NCBI RefSeq assembly: GCF_018977255.1
Contig: NW_024704744.1
Coordinates: forward strand, 17,732,001-17,796,000
Direction of reading: 5' to 3'
DNA length: 64,000 nucleotides
Source: Callorhinchus milii
Lineage: Eukaryota
The position numbers and the translations under genes were made by a program. Below are positions 50,830 to 62,650 of this stretch, one piece after another (position 1 is the stretch's first letter; every line of letters starts with the position of its first letter). The notes under the pieces were generated by a model, which saw nothing but the letters and a program-made list of their open reading frames with translations, searched no databases and was not told the DNA's origin.

Positions 50830-51290
50830 TTTTTTTTGGTCAGTCGATTGTCTGACACATGAGGACACCCATCACGATACTTACGAGTAACCAAACCAAA
50901 CTGAGAAATTCCACCTACACTTGGAAATTCTAGAGATAAATTAGCGGAATGAAATATGCAGAGAATTTCTCCCTGGATGGACACATCCTGCTTACCTAAT
51001 TCCAGAATGTATTAGGCCAGAGCCAAGGCTTGGAGACCCCTGAATGAATGTTGGGGTACTGCTGGAGTCCAACCAGCTAAACCCCATAGACTGTCACTGA
51101 AAGCACTGCCTGGCAAGATTTCACTCTGCTTGTCTATTTAGGATCACCCTACCCATTAGGGCTTTGGCTTGCAGGGTTAACAGGAGCTGAGTGGGAAGTG
51201 TCCTTCCAAATCCTGCCAATGAGCCAGGCTGGCTGTGCTGCCGTCATCAGTGCTGTGGAATACTGCAGACCAGCCTGACTCTTGGAACTA
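50830..51290 (-). mobile_element. Family X retroposon, 5'-truncated, with poly(A)
   Basis: T-run then ggtcagtcgattgtctgac; ggtactgctggagtccaaccag, ggatcaccctacccattagggctttggcttgcagggttaacaggagctgagtggg, aatgagccaggctggctg. Confidence 0.88.
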
Positions 51291-51689
51291 AATAAATTTT
51301 CTCACCTCTATGTGTTTTGGAGCAGAACTGCATTAGTAGAGGTTCATCCTTTACATAGAGGTGGGTTAGGTGAAAGGTATTTAGGTGGATGTTAAAAGTC
51401 CTATGGCGATATTTAAACAGAAAAAGGAGATTCACGGAAGCATAGTTGCTGGGGGGCCCGAATCCATGCGTGTGTACACACGAGACTAATAGTTAGTGAT
51501 TCACCTTAACCTTTTCCCCATCTCTGAAGCATTAATTGGGGGGAAGAAACAGGAAAAACTGAACACTGCCTAGACAGAATCAGCAATGAATACATTTGAT
51601 GTAAACTTTTTTTGGGGGGAGTCAGTTGAACGTTGACACATGTACTCACGCCATGTTTACGAGTATGAAAACCAGGCAACAGTTCCATT

Positions 51690-51860
51690 CAGGCCTTCCT
51701 ACCTAAATCCGGAGTATTGGACACAGATTGGCAAGACCCAAAGCCTGGGGACCTCAGAGTCTGCATTGAGGAACTGCTGGAGTCTAACCAGCTAAACTGT
51801 ATATCTTGCCATTGAAGACACTTACTAGCAAGCCTCCTGCTTTGGATTGGATTATGGGGG
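51690..51860 (-). mobile_element. Family X internal fragment
   Basis: aagcctggggacc, actgctggagtctaaccagctaaac. Confidence 0.65.
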
Positions 51861-52924
51861 TGGCAGGGGCAGCATTATTTCTCCCAGAACTACTATTGGC
51901 ATTAAACCAGTTTAGATGCAACGTCACAAGAGTGGTTCAGATAACAAATGGTCTTCATCCATTTGATTTTAACCTGCTGGTATGCGGAGGTTTGGACTAA
52001 TAATCAAATAAAACTGTACTAAACCTGGGGCATAGTATTACTTTACCCTGCAGTATGTTTACAACACATTAAGCTTTACACTCCTCCAACTTAATCATTG
52101 CATCCTTTCCCCTCAACACAGACATTCGATTATGTCCAAAGACTGCAGCTACCCCCCTTTCCACCCCCTTCCCCTCCAGGCAACATGTATTTTCAAAGCT
52201 ACCAACGATTTTGAAAAATGGTTTCTGGAGAAAGCCTGGAGTACTTTCGACACAATCTAATCTATCCACAAGTTGACTGGACTGGACAGATTCAATATTT
52301 ACGCAGTGCGCAATCAATCAACACTTTGTATTATTAGTGGCTGTCTGGTTACATTGCAGCACATGCTGGACCACACACTTTCCTCTGTTTTTTAAAGAAA
52401 CATTATGTTTTATTACTGGAGACCAAACATCATCAGTAGAAAGAAAATTGCTGACCTGTTAACATCAGTTGTGAAAGCTAGCTTTGTTTTTGTGGTGCAT
52501 TTTGTGGCATATATGAGAGAGATTAATTTTTTGAACAAATAGTATCACAGTGAGTGTTATCGTTGTTCACAACTGTTATCATTAAAAGTTTTCAATCTGC
52601 AATTAAGAATCAAGCTGAGAGCATCTCGAAACAAAGGAGGCTCTGTCTGTGTTGAATAAAACGTTCTGTGGCACTGTTGCACTACAGTAACATTCATCAG
52701 TGCTGTGAATCAAGTTAGCCAGTAAACTTAATACATGAAGCAAATTCCAATTTATTGCTGTGATTTAACAAAATTATTCCTTCAATAAGTAAAGAATACA
52801 CATTTAAATATAAGCCAAATGTTTCCAATATCGCTCTCCATTTCTCCCCAAAAAGAAAAAAAAAATGGTTTATCCCCACCTTCTGACTATAACTTCTCTC
52901 TGCACATCCTCCTATGAATCAGAT

Positions 52925-53348
52925 ATAGAACTATAGACATTCAGAACAAGAAGGTCATTCCACACACTGTATCTGTATCGGCTCTTTTAAGAACAATTCT
53001 TTCAAGCCCCGCTATCTGCCCTTTCTCCATATCCCTGTAGTTTATAGTTTTTTTAGATATTCATCTAATTCCATTTTCAAAGCTTAATATGGATTCTGTC
53101 TTAACCACCGTTCCCGTCAGGACATTATTCCGTACCCTAATTACTCTGCGTGAAAAGAAATTCTCCTAACCTGCCCATTTCCTCATTTGTTAAAACCATC
53201 TTAAAACCTCCAGGCACTGACTCACCGAGCAGTGGAAATAATTTCTCACTGTGACTATTAAAACCCTTCATAATTTTAAAGATCACAATCAGGTCACTCA
53301 TCCACCTTCTTTGTAGCAATGGATAAAGTCCCAGTTCCTCAAGTTTCT
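52925..53348 (-). mobile_element. CR1 3' fragment
   Basis: Minus ORF LQRRWMSDLIVIFKIMKGFN...EKLFPL resembles CR1 RRLRGDLI.VFKIMKGFD; CR1 tail at left. Confidence 0.8.
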
Positions 53349-53629
53349 ACTTGAGGGGACTTGCACTTTGAGGGGGAAATTCCACTGCTCCACTATGCTG
53401 CATGCTAGTTAACATTATAAGAGAGGCATTGGTGCTCAAATATATTTTTCTCTTTGTCTTCCCCTCTTCCTCCACTTCCTTATAAAAGAAGAATATCCAT
53501 CTGTGGTGAAGCTCCACAAAATGACCAATCCAATAACTGGCAAGACTCAAACAGAGAAGCCAAATGTGAATAACGTTCCAACCACTTTGGATTATCTCAA
53601 CGGTCACCATTACAGTATCAGCTTTGTCA

Positions 53630-54490
53630 GACATCAAGTCCTGATGAGAGCTAACGTTCTACAGCTGAATGTCAACAAGACGGAGGCTCTCCTGATTGGC
53701 TCCCGTCAGCGCCTCCACACCTCAGGCACTGATAGCATCACCATCCATGGATGCACACTCCACCTTACTAAGCCAGTCCCGAAACCTTGGCATCTTGTTT
53801 GATCCTCAAGTGTCCTTTCTATCCCACATCGGTGCCATGATCCGCTCTGCCTCCCCCCACCTCCGCAGCATCACCCGGCTCCGCCACTGTCTCACACTGA
53901 AGGCCGCTAAGACCCTCATACACGCATTCATAACATCCAGCCTCGACTACGCAAACTCCCTACTTCTCGGCCTCCCCAAATCCTCTCTCCATAGGTTGCA
54001 GATCATCCAGAACTCTGCAACCCGTGCCCTCTCCCGTACCAGGCTCCACGACCCTATCACCCCCAGCCTCGTCCGACTCCACTGGCTTCCCATCACATAG
54101 AGGATACATTCCCATCACATAGAGGATACATTTCCTGGTCCTCACTTTCAAAGTCCTCGATGGCTTTGCTCTCCCCTACCTTTGCGACCTCCAAACACAC
54201 TCCAATCTGCCCGCTCCCTCTTCTCAGCAGGCTCCGGCCTGCTTCATGTGCCTCACTTCGCTCGCCCCACCATTGGCGGGCATGCCTTCAACCACTCTCC
54301 CCCACCCTCTGGAACTCCATCTTGCAGTCGTTCTGCTTCGCCCCCTCATTTGGCTCCTTCAAAACCCATCTCAAGACCCTCCTCTTCGACCATGCCTTCG
54401 GGCGCCCTCCTTCCCTCCCCGCCCTACACCCTCCCCTATCCCAAACCCCAGCTCGGGTCCGAAACACTGATTGTCCAGCATCTTGTTGTT
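53630..54490 (+). mobile_element. L2 RT C-terminal half and 3'UTR
   Basis: LQLNVNKTEALLIG, RNLGILFD, AKTLIHAFITSSLDYANSL, IQNSATR, LHWLPI, IGGHAF, LWNS, LKTLLF; internal 22-bp tandem duplication at 54087-54130. Confidence 0.95.
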
Positions 54491-55664
54491 ATTGGAAAAA
54501 ACATTAAATACAATTGCAGCACAAGTTCTCAATATTAAAAGAATACTTCAAGAGTTATATCCTAGAAGATTGTAAGCCAAGTAGTACATAAGGGAGTCTC
54601 AAAAGTACAGTTTAAAGTCAAAATGCTCTCTTAGCAACAAAATATTTAAAAAAAATTAACCCCTCTCCCCACCCAAATTCCTGCCAAGGCTCTGACCAGC
54701 CATTTGAAAAGGAATGGAAGATGGCCAGTTTTTCATAGGGCGAAAAACATATGTAAAACCATATTAGTAATCTTGTGGCTAAAGTGCTTAAAATCAAATG
54801 TTATCCATTTAAGGAGCAAGCTGTGGGGAAAATGCTATGCAATTCTTTCCTCTTAGGCCTTCAGAAGCAGATCGTTTAGCACATTTTCTTCAGGCGGCAT
54901 GAGCATCGCTCTTTCTCTGTGTCTCTGGAAATAGTAGCCCCAAAACTTAAGATTAACTCGTTCCTATTCCTATCTATGACAGCAGCATTGGCCGCTATCG
55001 TTTTCTGGCTTTGGGCTAGTTGAGCTCACAGGCACAGTCCAGCAATGTGGCTTTGACATCATCGTCTTGTATCCGCCCCAGAGTGGAAGGGAAGCTTCAC
55101 AGTCAAAAATATAATCAACAGCAAAGTCTGGGTTTGGCCAAATATGTCCAACAGAAAAAAACCTAGCAAATTCGGGAAGGCAGGTTGAACTAATTGCAGT
55201 GACTCCTCAATCTTCAGCCCAAAAATAAACCATACACTATCTGAAACCTACCTCATATGTAACAACCCCCACCCCACCATCACCCAGCTATGATATGTGC
55301 AACATTACTAGTCCTCATTCTTCTAGATTTTCACAGCTCAGTTGTCAATAAAAACACATTAAACATTATTGACCTTCTACAAGGAACAGTGAAAATTGGC
55401 AGGAGAAATGTTCAGAAGGGAACAAAAATGAATTCAGGAAGCACATTTAAAAAATGTACAGTGAGATTCGGGGACAAAAGGGAATAAGGTAAGCATAGGT
55501 CACTTTCCAAAAATAAAAACTTAATTTTAAAAATAGATTTATTTTAATGTGTATTTGAGTTGCTTCATTACAGCAACAGAGTATTGTTCAGACAGAGTTT
55601 TATGTTAAAGATGGGCAGAACTGTTCGATGGACAGAGAAAGGAATCTCCGTACACTCCCAGGCA

Positions 55665-55765
55665 AAAGGCCTTCTGACAAAAGGACCTGAAATGTTAACT
55701 CACTTTCCTCTTTCCATAGATGCTGCCTGACTTGCTGAGTGTTCCCAGAGACTTTGGTTTTTATA
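55665..55765 (+). mobile_element. Penelope-like element terminal remnant
   Basis: tctgacaaaagg-acctgaaatgttaact...tccatagatgctgcctgacttgctgagtgttcccag resembles the CTGAnGAAGG...GAAAC Penelope ends of fishes; a weaker copy lies at 40675-40800. Confidence 0.65.
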
Positions 55766-57335
55766 CCAATTGTTCTAAAATTGTTTTCAGCAAATGAGAA
55801 AGAGCTGAATAACCACAACAGTTGAAAGCGTCCTTCCAATGTCAAAGTACCAGAGGCTCATATTTTCACATTGCAGGTCAATTTCAGCAATGGATCATTT
55901 GCAAGCTCTTCTCCCATGGCTTTTCTCCGTTACCACAGGGTCGATCTCAGTCATATGTAAGCATAATGCTCAAAATATGAATAAAGCAAATTTCAGAATA
56001 CATAACTGTTTACAGATGGGTTTTCTTTCTTACCTGTATGATTGAATGTTTTTAACCTATGCCAAATTTGAAAAATAACATTGACTTCTTCATTTCAGAA
56101 TCAAGGACATGTTCCTTAGAAAAACAGATTGCCTTACACAATGAAACAAATCCTAGTGACACTTCAAAAATGTATAGATTAGAATACTTAAAGGTCAATC
56201 CAATTTAACAAGCTCAAGTCTGAAAATATTTCAATTTATAAAATATTTAAATACACGAATGGCAATCTGAATTAGTTTGTTAACTCTAGACAAAACTGCA
56301 ATCCTGAACAAGGTTATTTAACCAAAGGTCCTATTATTTTCTTCAAGCCAAAGGCACAGAAAATCACCATCATGCCCTTGCCGGCTCTGTAAGTGTTATC
56401 CATTTAGATCCACTGCCTTGTCATTCCCCTTTCCATTTATATTTTCCCTTTTCAAATATTTGCCTAAATGACCAACAACTTTATCATCCTGTTCATGAGT
56501 GTGAATAGAGGGGTCAGAAGAACCTGTCCAGATGTGCAAGCAGTATTCAAATATTGGGATGGATTTGGCTGATTTGAGGTTAACAGAAATTAAACGGTTG
56601 CTGAGGAAATGTTTTGCATGCAAAAAGGGATCTGATCTTCATGAAACAGCTTTAGAAATGAAGCAGATGTGAAAGTTCAAAATTAGGTCAAATGAAAGTG
56701 AGGCCAAGAATGTCAACAGAATAAGGCCTAAGAGCCAAGCCATCAAAAGTAAGAGGTGATAGCCATTGATTGAACTTACAACAGACCTGAATGTCCTCAC
56801 CATTTTGCTTACCATTTTAGTTTCTACACTTTATTGCTTTGGGACAAATTTTGCAATCCAATATTCTCATATCAAAATCCAAACATTTCCAGTTTGCAAA
56901 TATCAAATGTTGCACCTTAATAGGTACTGGGCTATCTTTCCCCATAGAGAATATTAAAGAGCTGGAATGACAAGATTCCTTTACTGCTAAGATCTATTGT
57001 TAACTAACAGATTCCAGAGTATCACTGACAACATATGTGCATAACTGAAATACATTTCTTTTAAATAATATGAAATACTCTTGCATCTGTTACACATCCA
57101 CTATGGTTATCTGATATTCTATGCAGCATGTATTGCATATGAAGTTATTAAATGGTTAGTTGATCCCCTTGTATTTTAAGACTGAAAGATTTGGAATTGC
57201 AGCTTATGTCAAAACAATTTACAGGCAATTACTGTCAAGTATAGGCAAATGCAGTAGCTTTCAAATTGTGATATGTTTTTTTTTAAACAGGCCGTGGTTT
57301 AATATCTCATCCTAAGTCGGCACCTTCAACTATGT

Positions 57336-57664
57336 GGAGTCCTGTAGCTCAGTGATTAGAGCACTCGCCTCGCAAGCGAGAGATCTGGGTTCAATTCCCG
57401 GCAGGGTGAAATCTTGGGCAAGTTTCCTTACTCCACATGCCTGATAATAATCCTTCAAGAAAAAAAAGAAAAAAATATATATAATTTGGCCACTCAATCC
57501 ACGACTGTTTGTGGGACACTGCCGTGCACAATTGGCTGCTGCATTTCACCCACGTATTCAATTGAGTACAGTCAATTCACTTTACAGTATATTCTGTGAA
57601 GCGCTTTGAGATGTCTAGAAGATGTGAAAAGCACTGTATAAAATGCAAGGATTATTATTATTAT
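57336..57664 (+). mobile_element. SINE family A (short subfamily) inserted in an antisense family B SINE (57285-57810)
   Basis: ggagtcctgtagctcagtg head, (ATT)n tail, short TGT(G) duplication; host ggtttaatatctcatcc...taactgagccaagctgac. Confidence 0.9.
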
Positions 57665-58321
57665 TGTGCTTCCAGGGTACTACATGAGATGTAAGCCTTG
57701 ATTATGAGCTTGAATGGGACCTGAACCCATAACTTATAGCAAGTTGAATGAACACCTCAAAGCAATCTTTAGCTGAGGGGTAAAAGTACAACTAACTGAG
57801 CCAAGCTGACGTTCAGAATTACAGCAAAATTAGAATGTGTATGCACATGCCATTTCACTTTCCAAATGAGCAGTGCTTGATACCTTCAGTAGCAGTATCA
57901 TACTCAGCATTCAGCTCTCAATGATTTACAAAGATAAAGGCATTATAAGGTTACTGTCTTTATAAAACAACCTGTTTAAAATTGAAAAGCTATTGTATTT
58001 CTTGTTGCTAAATAATTTGTAAACTACCATTTAAACTATTTTTCCAAATTTTTCAGCTTGCAATAGATATGGATTTTGACATAATTCCTAAACAGCATCA
58101 AATAGCAGAAATTGTTTCTATGAGAGCTAGCAAGTGCTTCCAGATGTCTGTGGACACAGTATTTCCAATAATTGCTAAACATTCTTTCCTTTCTGCTTGT
58201 GCAACAAGCCTCCTGCAAAGCTAAGACATACAACATTTCATAGGGTAGCTCCAAGAACTGCATATATTACTTTAACGTGTAGCTTTTATATTAAAAAAAT
58301 CAACGCAGTGAATAAGAGATA

Positions 58322-58700
58322 TAATAATCCTTGCGTTTGTCTTTCACATCAGGAAGATGCCTCAAGACATGTTATAGGATTTTACTTGCAGTGTAGTCAC
58401 TATATACCTGTAGGCAAACCAAGCAACAAATTTCTACACAGCAATGTCCACAAACGGCCATTAAGTGAATGACTAATTTAATCTAAGGGATTCTTAGCCA
58501 GGATAACCTTCTCTTTTGAAGTTGGGATGGGATCATGGGATCTTTATACATGAACGATAGCAGAACCTCAGTTTAACATCTCTTTTGAAGAATGACACTT
58601 TCGGCAATGCAGCATTCCCCTACGCTGGACTGGAGCATCAGCCTACATTACAAGCTTAAGTTTGGTTTTGAGGTTTGAACTCAACTTCTGACCCAGAGTT
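58322..58700 (-). mobile_element. Old DeuSINE (family B)
   Basis: cacagcaatgtccacaaac, catgggatcttt, ctcagtttaacatctc, aatgcagcattccc, ttctgacccagag. Confidence 0.75.
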
Positions 58701-58754
58701 CTGCAAATGGACAATGCATTCAGCCTTTTTCGTGCAGAAACATTTAACTCTTGG

Positions 58755-59070
58755 GGAAGGTTCTTCGCACTAAGCTCACATTAACACTGCAAGCCAAAGT
58801 CCTATGGGTAGTGTAATCCTAGCTGGACAAGGAGAGGGAACCTTACAAGACAATGGTTTCATTGAAGACTTTTGCTGATTAAAATCTAGCAGTACCCTAA
58901 TGCGCACTCTGGAGTCCCCAAGCCTTGGCTCTTACCAACCAAGTCTAAGACTCTCCAGAACACTCAGGAAAAGAGTGCGCATTTCATACGAGACATAGGG
59001 AAATTTCTATAAGCAGGTAGCATACAAATGTGGAACTCAGTATGGTTTGGATATCATTAAGCATGGTCTT
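58755..59070 (+). mobile_element. Family X fragment
   Basis: ctgcaagccaaagtccta, cctagctggacaag, agcagtaccc, ccccaagccttggctcttaccaacc, tggtttggatatcattaagcatg. Confidence 0.8.
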
Positions 59071-59384
59071 TCACCAATGTTTTATCAGCAATATTTTATT
59101 CCAAGATGTTAGATGACCATTCAATCACTGCAGGGTATACATCAATGTTTTACCTAGAGCTAACAAAAACAATGCTGTGTGAAAACAAGAAAATGGCAAA
59201 AACCCAAAAGATGCGATTGTGAACCTGAATCTATTGAGATTAGTGTGACAATTCAGTTCATTCAGCTAATTTTCAGTTATGTTAATACTTTTTGGAGCTT
59301 TAAGATGCATTTTTCCCCCTCCAATTTTACGTGATTGGTGCCACGTTTATGATGAGGTGTAGTTCCACAAGTATTACCCACCAC

Positions 59385-59745
59385 ACAACAACTTATATAG
59401 CATTTATATAGCCCCTTTCACATGGGGTAGCGCCTCAGAGCACTTATGAGTGGGGGAGCTTGACAGCGAGTGTGGGAAAATGAGAAAAGGTGACCATAGG
59501 CACGGTCAAAGATGAAAGTCTTCATATGCAACGGGCAAGAAGGAATTGATGCACAGAGTTCCCAAGTTTCGGAACCTAGTAATTGAAAACATGATCTCTA
59601 ATGGTGGAGCAGAGAACAGACGAGGGATGTGTAGAAGCCAGTGAGCAAAGGAGTGGATAGTGGAATGGGGTGTAAGCAGGTCACAGAGGTAGGAAGGTAC
59701 TAGGACATGAATTGATTCGTAAGTGTGAGGATCTTGAAAATGACC
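59385..59745 (-). mobile_element. Old L2 3' end
   Basis: catttatatagcccctttcacatggggtagcgcctc tail; aaggtgaccataggcacggtcaaag. Confidence 0.75.
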
Positions 59746-60550
59746 TTCATTAGCCAAACTGAAATACTTTCAAATAAGAAGACATTGAACATTGTTAAAC
59801 AATTCAACCATTGAGGCAATACACCCAAACCAATTTCAGTTCACAGCCAACTTTCTAGTACTTTGGTTCAAGGGGCTGAAAAACAGCATATCCCCCGGGA
59901 TAGACTTAGCAAGAGATTTGTGAATCACTGACAGACAGTATAAGGGTGTTAATCATCAGAGTAAGTTCCAAAAGACTGAAAGCAAACAAACAGAAGTCCT
60001 GTACTCAAGCAACAATTAGATCCAATAGCCTGATTTGAATAATTGAAAAACTGATGAGAGTCAATCAGAAAGAAAATGGAAGATTACTTATAAAAAAAGG
60101 GTTCAAAAGGGATAGATCGTGTCTGACCCATCTCAGATTTGTTTTCAAACAAAAGGTGACTTGCCAAATTGACTGCAGAAAGCAATATGATGATGCATCT
60201 AGACTTCTGAAAGGTATTCGACATACCTTCCACATGAGATGCCTTCAAAACAAGCTAGATAACAAGAAAAAGACACAGATTTGAAATTGATTGAAGGGAA
60301 GGAAGCAGAGAATAGTTGTTAGGGGAGGTTAGCTAGGTCAAATAGGGACAGGTATTAAGTGGCGTGCCTCAAGGGTCTGTACCGAGAATTGTATACATTA
60401 AGCACCTGGAATCACAGACTCAGTTCAAGGTAATTAAATTTGATGACACGAGGTTTGAGGGCAGGGAAAACATTGTGGAATCAGAAGAGGAAGTAAAGGT
60501 CTTAAAGAGAGTTTGATAAAATATGCATAAGAGCTGATGGTTGCATTTAA

Positions 60551-61340
60551 AATAATAATAATCCTTACATTTGACATATCAGGAGGTTGTCTCAAAGCAC
60601 TTCACAGGATTTATTGTATAGTGATAATATATTTTGTAGATGAACGCAATAGTCAATTTCCCACATCACTGTCTCACATACAGCCTTAAAGTAAATAAAC
60701 AATTTTATCTGGGGGAATCTTGGCCAGAACACCAGACGAAACTCCCTTTTCAAATTGTCATGGGATCCTTAATGTCCACCTAACCAGGCAGATAGGACCT
60801 TGGTTTAATGTCTCATCCAAAGGACGGCAGTATCAGTGCAATGCACCCAGCACCCCAGAGAGTGCTGCCATTCTTCAATAACAAGATTACATTTGTACAG
60901 CGCCTTTCACATTGGGAGGACGTCCCAAGGCGCTCAGATGAGACGCTAGCTGGAGTCCTGTCTGCCTGTTCAGACGGATGTTAAAAATCCCTTCAACAAA
61001 AAGAGAAGGGAGTATTTCCCTTGTATTCCCTGGCTAACTATCTCCTAATTAGAATTGGTCATTCACTACATGACTGTTTATAGATTACTGCTGGTGTAAA
61101 TTGGCCGTTGTGCTTGTCTGTAAAATACAGTCACTACACTTCACAGTAAAATCTTGTGAAGCGCTTTGAAATGTTTCGGCGACAATGTCATATCAAATGC
61201 AAGGATGATTATATTATAATGCAGTGCTCACCAGCACTGCATTGAAGTATCTGCCAAGACTGTGAGCTCAAAGTGATAGGGCACGAACCCCACAATCTTC
61301 TTACTCAGAGCCAAGAATTCTAACTGAGTCAGGCTGACAC
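60551..61340 (-). mobile_element. Family B DeuSINE (-) containing a family B DeuSINE (+, 60846-61217), which holds an L2 tail (-, 60878-60933)
   Basis: AATGCA duplicated at 60840-60845 and 61218-61223; outer head ends taactgagtcaggctgacac. Confidence 0.75.
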
Positions 61341-61419
61341 CTGAATTTGTACTGAACTTCATTTGTCAAAGTACTGCAACATAGGAAGCAAAAATAAGAG
61401 GCATACTTACTGCATGGAT

Positions 61420-61993
61420 TTTTTTTTTGGTCAGTCTGACAGATGCAGAAGCCCATTACCATACTTAAGAGTATCCAAACCAAATTGAGAGTTCCATGTA
61501 TCCTACCTACACATGGAAATTCCAGAGATAGACTGTTGGAATTAAATGCACACTCTCTCTGGAGGGATGCATCCTGCTTACGCAATTCCGGAAAGTATTA
61601 AGCGCTGGTTGGAGTGTGCAGAGTTGGAGTACTGTTGGAGTCTAACCAGTTAGAACCGCATAGTTTGCCAATGATATTGCTGTCCAGCAAGCTTTCTCAC
61701 TGCTTGTCCAGCTAGTATCACCCTACCCATTAAGACTTTGGTTTGCAAGGTTAATAGGAGCTGAGTGGGACGATTCCCTGCCCCCAATGCCTGGTCTACC
61801 CTTCCAGGTCCTGCCAATGAGCCAGGCTGGCTGTGCTTTCATCAGCAATGCCCTTGGAATACTGCAGACCCCTCCTGGCTCAGCAACCGGACATCCGAGA
61901 CTGCCACAGAGGTTTGGCTCGATTCTGACATTCTGCTTCCAGGCACGTCACCTTGGAGCCAGTTCAGCTCTAAGGAGACCCCACTTACCTCCC
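61420..61993 (-). mobile_element. Family X retroposon with poly(A) tail and 7-bp TSD
   Basis: CATGGAT at 61413-61419 and 61994-62000; T-run at 61420-61428; body matches the other X copies. Confidence 0.92.
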
Positions 61994-62529
61994 CATGGAT
62001 GGAATCAAACCTGAAAAGAGGGACCCTGAAAGAAATGCGAGGCTGCTGGTTGACTCACCATGTCAAAACAATGCAAGCAGCATTAAACAAGGCAAACAAG
62101 ATGATGATTGTCTGTACTGTCAATTCAGATGAGTTCAGATCTTCAGAAGTCATGTTCAAGCTGTACCATCCTCTGGTCAGGCTACATCTGGAGTCCATGT
62201 TCCCATCACAGAGACAATGTTCCCAATGTCAGAGGAATATGCTATAAGTATTCTTATAAGTAATCACGAGACAAATCAGGGTTCTTCAGCCTTGAAAATA
62301 AATGTCTCAGGATACTTTATACGACATACGTAAGATTTTAAATGGGATTGAGAAAATAAACTGCAAACAATACTTTCAGATATGCTAGAGCAACAGAACA
62401 TAGAGTGGTTATTCTCAAAGGATGAGATCAAATGGGACTAAAGCCCTTTTTCATCACACGAGACACCTTCCTGTGTGAAGGGTGCTACATACATGCAAGT
62501 TGTTGTTCAGCCAAATGAATCTGTATTGG

Positions 62530-62650
62530 GAGTCCAGAAACATCTTGCCTACTGCCACCCCAGTTGAGATCAGCTAACTTAGCACAGACCAGGAATCAAA
62601 CAGAGGATCATCTCAATTTGTGTGGCTCAGTTCCACACTGGACAATAAAT
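62530..62650 (-). mobile_element. Old SINE-like repeat (family C), 5' part
   Basis: cccagttgagatcagctaacttagcacagaccaggaatcaaac...tggctcagttccacactg; B-box-like gtttgattcc on the minus strand. Confidence 0.55.

Larger units (their letters stand above)
60055..62400 (+). mobile_element. One CR1 RT fossil in three pieces (60055-60550, 61360-61419, 61994-62400) holding nested insertions
   Basis: GFKRDRSCLTHL...SGVPQGS...F.DT, then (K)VL.IGSKNKRHTYCMD, then GIK...KANKM...EVMFKLYHPLVRLHLE form a continuous CR1 ORF2 order. Confidence 0.85.

Noticed and set aside
54087-54130. 22-bp exact tandem duplication
   Set aside because: An ordinary slippage duplication inside a dead L2
61765-62247. 160-aa ORF
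   Set aside because: Chance fusion of antisense family X with a CR1 RT fragment
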